Shown: in pieces, positions 59,001 to 64,000 of the stretch | Position numbering within the stretch: position 1 is the first letter of the stretch | Layout: the number at the start of each line of letters is the position of its first letter | Assembly (NCBI RefSeq): GCF_030144855.1 | Contig: NC_082717.1 | Location: 4,960,001-5,024,000, forward strand | Length of the DNA: 64,000 nt | Direction: 5' to 3' | Origin: Hypanus sabinus | Lineage: Eukaryota | The notes under the pieces: model-generated | The model's input: the letters and a program-made list of their open reading frames with translations, nothing else | What the model was told of the DNA's origin: nothing | Database searches by the model: none | Made by a program: the position numbers and the translations under genes

Positions 59001-60049
59001 AATCTACTTTCTTTGGAATTTGTGTACCCAGCGGGCCATCATCTCTCGTGCCTCAGTCCTTTGATCTTTACTGGGCACCACAGAGGTGAGGTACATTCTT
59101 GACACCCCATGTGTCTTTCTAACTTCGATTCAGATCTCTGTGAGACGTGTTTTGCTCTCTACCTGTTTCCAAACAGTGATCACCAGTTACTGTGTGAGAG
59201 GGTCTAGAGGGAAATAAATGAGTGTTTGAACAGAGCATTTATCAGATCCATCTAGACGTGCTCAAGTACTCTTGTGTGCTTTGCCTGTGCCAGTCTGCTG
59301 ATGGAGGTCACTGAGTAGGAGAAAGCGTTCTGTGAAAGAGCCGTCACTTTTCCTACCTCAAAACAAGAGCAGATCTCAAACCACACTATGTTCTATGTTC
59401 TAGGTACATGGATAGGAGGGGTTCAGACAGCTGTGGTCCAGGTGCAGGTAGATGGAGTTAGGCAGAATCCAGTTTGGCACAGAGTAGATGGACCAAAGGG
59501 CCTATTTCATGACTCCATTACACACAATTTCCAACAACAGCAACTGCATTTTTATTGAGCTGCAGACAGAGAGGGCAGTCAGAACCTGCAAAGATTTGAG
59601 GACACAGCCTCTTTGGTGTGCACATGTGTGCGGGCACACATCTTTTGCTACTAGTGCAGAAAGGAATTTAAACTGCGCACAAAAGGTTGTCACTCTCTAT
59701 CTCACCGACATGTTAAGTATATTTGAGGATCATACGCAATCACATTTCCTTTTCCGGTTTCTGATGAGCACAGTGTGGACAAAATGGAGTTTGCGATGAT
59801 TTGTCTGCAGATTTTAGAACTGGCTGATTCATGCTGTTTTGATGGAAGAAATGATTGATTCACTATGTCAAATTCCAAAGAAGCAAAGGGCATGAAGCAC
59901 AAAATAATGATTATTTCATTAAAAGCTGAGTGGCTTAACAAAAGGTAGAAATTGTTCCATCATAAGCTCAAGAGGTCAGGAATGTGCAGCTACAGTACTG
60001 TACAATATAGAAACCAGTGTTGCCTGTGTGTATTGTGTGTGAAAGAGCT

Positions 60050-61998
60050 TTGACAAGTAGCAAATCTGGACATTGGAAGTTTTGAGAAGAGGGGACTTCA
60101 ATCAGGTCCATTGCCCGAGTACAAAAGGCAGCAATGGGTTGTTATAACAAAGCAGGAACAAGCATACAGCAATCGTCTAAGCGGTGATCTTGAGGCTTCA
60201 GCTCTTTGAGATTTCGCGCAGAGAGGCTACAGTCAGAGAAAGTAAAGGAAAGGAAAGTTTTAGGTTGACCTAACATAGGCAAGTCACAGTGGTTGGGTCT
60301 AGCACAGAGTCTGCCTCTGGGACTATGGAGGGAAGTGGGGAGAAAAGGCACACTATGGTGATAGGGTATTTGTTAGGGGAACGGACAGGAGGTTCTGTGG
60401 GCGAGAATGAGATTCTCAGATGGTATGTTCCCCCTGCGTGCCAGAGTCCAGGATATCTCGGATTGAGTCCTCAGCATTCATAAGTGGAGGGTGAACAACC
60501 AGAAGGCGAGTCCCATGTAGGTACCAAGAACATGGGTAGAACAAGTGACAAGGTTCTGCAGAGGGAGTTCAGGGAGCTGGGTACTGAGTTAAAGGGCAAG
60601 ACCATATAACCATATAACAATCACAGCACGGAAACAGGCCATCTCGGCCCTCCTAGTCCATGCTGAACTCTTAATCTCACCTAGTCCCACCTACCCGCAC
60701 TCAGCCCATAACCCTCCACTCCTTTCCTGTCCATATACCTATCCAATTTTACCTTAAATGACACAACTGAACTGGCCTCTACTACTTCTACAGGAAGCTC
60801 ATTCCACACAGCTATCACTCTTTGAGTAAAGAAATGCCCCCTCGTGTTTCCCTTAAACTTCTGCCCCCTAACTCTCAAATCATGTCCTCTCGTTTGAATC
60901 TCCCCTACTCTCAATGGAAACAGCCTATTCACGTCAACTCTATCTATCCCTCTCAAAATTTTAAATACCTCGATCAAATCCCCCCTCAACCTTCTACGCT
61001 CCAATGAATAGAGACCTAACTTGTTTAACCTTTCTCTGTAACTTAAGTGCTGAAACCCAGGTAACATCCTAGTAAATCGTCTCTGCACTCTCTCTAATTT
61101 ATTGATATCTTTCCTATAATTCGGTGACCAGAACTGCACACAATATTCTAAATTTGGCCTTACCAATGCCTTGTACAATTTTAACATTACATTCCAACTT
61201 CTGTACTCAATGCTTTGATTTATAAAGGCCAGCATTCCAAAAGCCTTCTTCACCACCCTATCTACATGAGACTCCACCTTCAGGGAACTATGCACAGTTA
61301 TTCCTAGATCTCTCTGTTCCTCTGCATTCCTCAATGCCCTACCATTTACCCTGTATGTTCTATTTGGATTATTCCTGCCAAAATATAGAACCTCACACTT
61401 CTCAGCATTAAACTCCATCTGCCAACGTTCAGCCCATTCTTCTAACTGGTATAAATCTCCCTGCAACCTTTGAAAACCCACCTCATTATCCACAACACCT
61501 CCTACCTTAGTATCATCGGCATACTTACTAATCCAATTTACCACCCCATCATCCAGATCATTTATCCAGACCTCCAGGGTCATGATCTCAGGATGACTCT
61601 CCTTGCCATGTGCCAATGAGACCAGAACTACAAAGATTATACAGTTTAATATGTGCCTCAGGAGTTGCTGTAGAAGGGAGGGCATAAAATGTTTGGATCA
61701 TTGGGCTCTCTTCCAGGGAAAGTGGAACCTTTACAGAAGGGATGGTTTGCACCTGAACTGGAGGGGGTTAAATATCCTAGAGAGAGGGTTTGTTAATGCT
61801 GCACGGTGGTGTTTGAAGTAGATTTGAAGGGAAATGGAATCCAGACTGCCAGAACAGTTTGTGAAGAAGGCCTCAGACAAAGTTAGGAATTGAAGGATTG
61901 AGCATGGTACAGTTAGTGTCCTGAGCATCTTATATTTCAATGCAAGGCATACCGTAGGAAAGGCGAATAGTGCTGAAGATGAGGTAATTGGTTTACAA
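60050..61998 (+). mobile_element. CR1 ORF1 region carrying a nested young CR1
   Basis: gtgatagggtatttgttaggg, gtaggtaccaa, ctcttccagggaaagtggaacct esterase-region motifs; host ttaaagggcaagacc...agacctccaggg is split. Confidence 0.8.
60602..61565 (-). mobile_element. Young 5'-truncated CR1 with open RT C-terminus
   Basis: ORF to 60681 with KYADDTKVGG and LVRPNLEYCVQFWSP through to its stop; (gttatatg) tail. Confidence 0.96.
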
Positions 61999-62886
61999 TG
62001 TTACATACTCTGTGGGTATCTTGTGACTGTCTTATGACCATGACGTAATTGAGTATCTGGTGAGCATCATGCAATGGTCTTGTGATGGTGGGATGATGTA
62101 ATTTCCCACCAGAGTGAGGTCACATGACGTTATTTTCCTGCCAGTGAGAGGTCATGTGATGGCCTGTTCCAACAGGTATAAAACAGGAAAGCCTTGCTGT
62201 GACGCAGGTTAGTTCGTTGTTTAATTCGTCAGTTACTCCGTTGTGCTGCGTATTCATCTCATGACAGAGTTTTGTTTTAAAGTGGAGTTTTACTTTCTAT
62301 CTTAAGTATCAAAGGTTATTGCCGGATGTTTTGCCTGAACGCTGCCGGTTTTTGTCCAGTCGGAGAGTGAAAAATTTACCAAAGTACGGAAAACCCGAAG
62401 GATCAAGTAAAGTTGGTGTTGTCGGCAGTAAAAAAAGATCGACCTTATTGAATCCTCGTTCAAAGAGATAGTAACCTGCATCCGAGATAATACCTGCTGT
62501 AAGAGCAGAAATGATTAGGGCAGCGTTATTCGCCAAGGAAAAGGTCAGTGCCTTTAAGCCATCTTTATTTCCTTCATCGTAAATCCTTTGGGCAAAGCAT
62601 ATTTTGGCTGAGATCAGCAGTAACGCCACATCGTTGAGGAATTCATTACTTCGGGAAAGTCTCTCCTCATTGACTGTCTAAATTACTTTTGCATTTACCA
62701 CTTTTAAGAACTGTGTTCAAATTTATCGCTTTAAGAACTGCTCGAGTTGCCGTATAGCAGTTAACTTCTGGTTAAGTTAGTTGTTTGTTTACTTTTCAGT
62801 TTTATTGAGCAGTGGTTTAATAAATGTTTTATTTGTTTATAAAATACCTGTCTCAATTCTATATTCATTTTTGCCATATCAGAACA
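61999..62886 (+). mobile_element. Solo LTR (888 bp) with 4-bp TSD ACAA inserted in CR1
   Basis: TGTTAC...AGAACA ends, acaa on both flanks, internal TATAAAA (about 62178) and AATAAA (about 62819); host gtttacaa|acagagg is rejoined on removal. Confidence 0.85.
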
Positions 62887-62890
62887 ACAA

Positions 62891-64000
62891 ACAGAGGTGA
62901 TGTGTAGTGAGGAGAGGCTGTTGATGGGGCAAAATTACAGTCAACAGGATGAGTTCCAATGTAGAAGCTGGACAAAATTGAAAAGGGTGAATACAGGACT
63001 GAAAGTGTTGCATTTGAAAGTTCACAGTTTATGAAATAAGGTAGGCAGGTAAGTTCATTCCTTATTTCTTATTTATTTTTTTCTTATTTAACTCTCGAGA
63101 GAACAGATTTGTCCTCAGACCTAGTGTTCCATTCTGGTTGTCAGATGAAGTATTTCCAGGAGACTTTCAGCCTCCCCGATTGCTACATCTACACCAGGTG
63201 CATTAAGGTACAGCTCCTTAGAGACCGTGTTAGGGGACTGGAGCTGCAGCTCGATGACCTTCACCATGTTAGAGAAAGTGAAGCAGTGATAGACAGAGAT
63301 ACAGGAAGATAGTCTCCCCAAGGCTACAGAAGACTGATAAATGGATGACAGTCAGAGAGGGAAGGGAGAACGTCAGATAGTGGAGACTACCCCTGCGCTC
63401 ATTCCTCCTCAACAATAAATACTCCATCTTGAGAACGATTAGGGGGATGCCTACTGTGGAATCAACAGTGGCCATACCTCTGGCACTGAGTCTGGCCCTG
63501 TGGTTAATAAGGGTAGGGATCTGAAGAGGATGGCAAGAGTAATAGGGGACTCTATAATTAGGAGGACAGATAGGCTGTGGACACGATAAGGAAATGCAGA
63601 TGGTAGTTTGCCTCCCAGGTGCCAGGATCCACGATGTTTCTGAACGTGTCTATAATATCCTGAAAATGGAGGGTGAACTTCCAGTAGTCCTGATACATGT
63701 TGGTACCAATGCCATAGGTAGAAAAAGGGAGAAGTTCCTGAAAAAAGAACATGGGGAGTTACGAAGGAAGCTGAGAAGCAAGGCCTCAAGTGTAGTGATC
63801 TCAGGATTGCTGCCTGTGCCACGCAACAATTGTGATAGGAATAGAATGAATTGGCAGATAAATGTGTGGCTGAAGAATGGGAGCAGGGGTCAGCGATTCA
63901 GATTTCTGGATTATTAGGACATCTTCTGGGGCAGGTGTGACCTGTTCCAGTATTCTTGTGAGCAGGTTTTCCAGAGCTGTTGGGAGTGCTTTAAACTCAT
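62891..64000 (+). mobile_element. CR1 fragments including ORF1 zinc-finger/esterase remnant
   Basis: YIYTRCIKVQLLRDRV and VCLPGARIHDVS...HVGTNAIG...VVISGLLPVP. Confidence 0.88.

Noticed and set aside
59163-59203. Minus-strand 41-nt exon-like segment resembling the start of cytoplasmic exon 1
   Set aside because: In-frame TAA, no YEN motif, and no TM or ITAM exon found in the right order nearby; likely chance.
59031-59230. Plus-strand mini-intron (gtgagg...ttctaac...aaacag, 59086-59176) with flanking exon-like pieces
   Set aside because: No recognisable peptide in any frame and no linked exons; cannot be supported without RNA data.
62309-62629. 106-aa minus-strand ORF
   Set aside because: Lies wholly within a solo LTR and has no recognisable domain.

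Overview
Repeat-rich vertebrate genomic DNA. The CR1, Penelope-like, Rex1/Babar and tRNA-SINE landscape and the style of the Ig domains suggest a cartilaginous fish, probably a ray; this is inference. The ORF track misses the main content: two tandem, plus-strand, spliced paralogs of an immune-type receptor. Gene B is complete in the window: leader (22420-22471), two single-exon germline-joined VJ-type Ig domains (27929-28291, 30769-31113), an uncharged TM exon (32209-32328), a YEN-motif exon (32494-32567) and a YxxL-x7-YxxL ITAM split over two exons by a phase-0 intron (38220-38264, 38355-38405). All splice phases are compatible and give a 349-aa ORF. Gene A contributes only its TM and cytoplasmic exons (352-2784); its 5' part lies upstream of the window. 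The predicted product is a non-rearranging, antigen-receptor-like V-V-TM protein with its own CD3-like ITAM. Its leader exon is embedded in a 24-bp minisatellite built from the leader's own 3' end and splice donor. The rest is mostly nested mobile DNA: CR1 of several ages, Penelope-like elements whose termini carry hammerhead-ribozyme motifs, solo LTRs with target-site duplications, hAT and Tigger-like elements, and a 44-bp degenerate satellite. There is also one strong CTCF motif. No database searches were run, so family names come from motif recognition.
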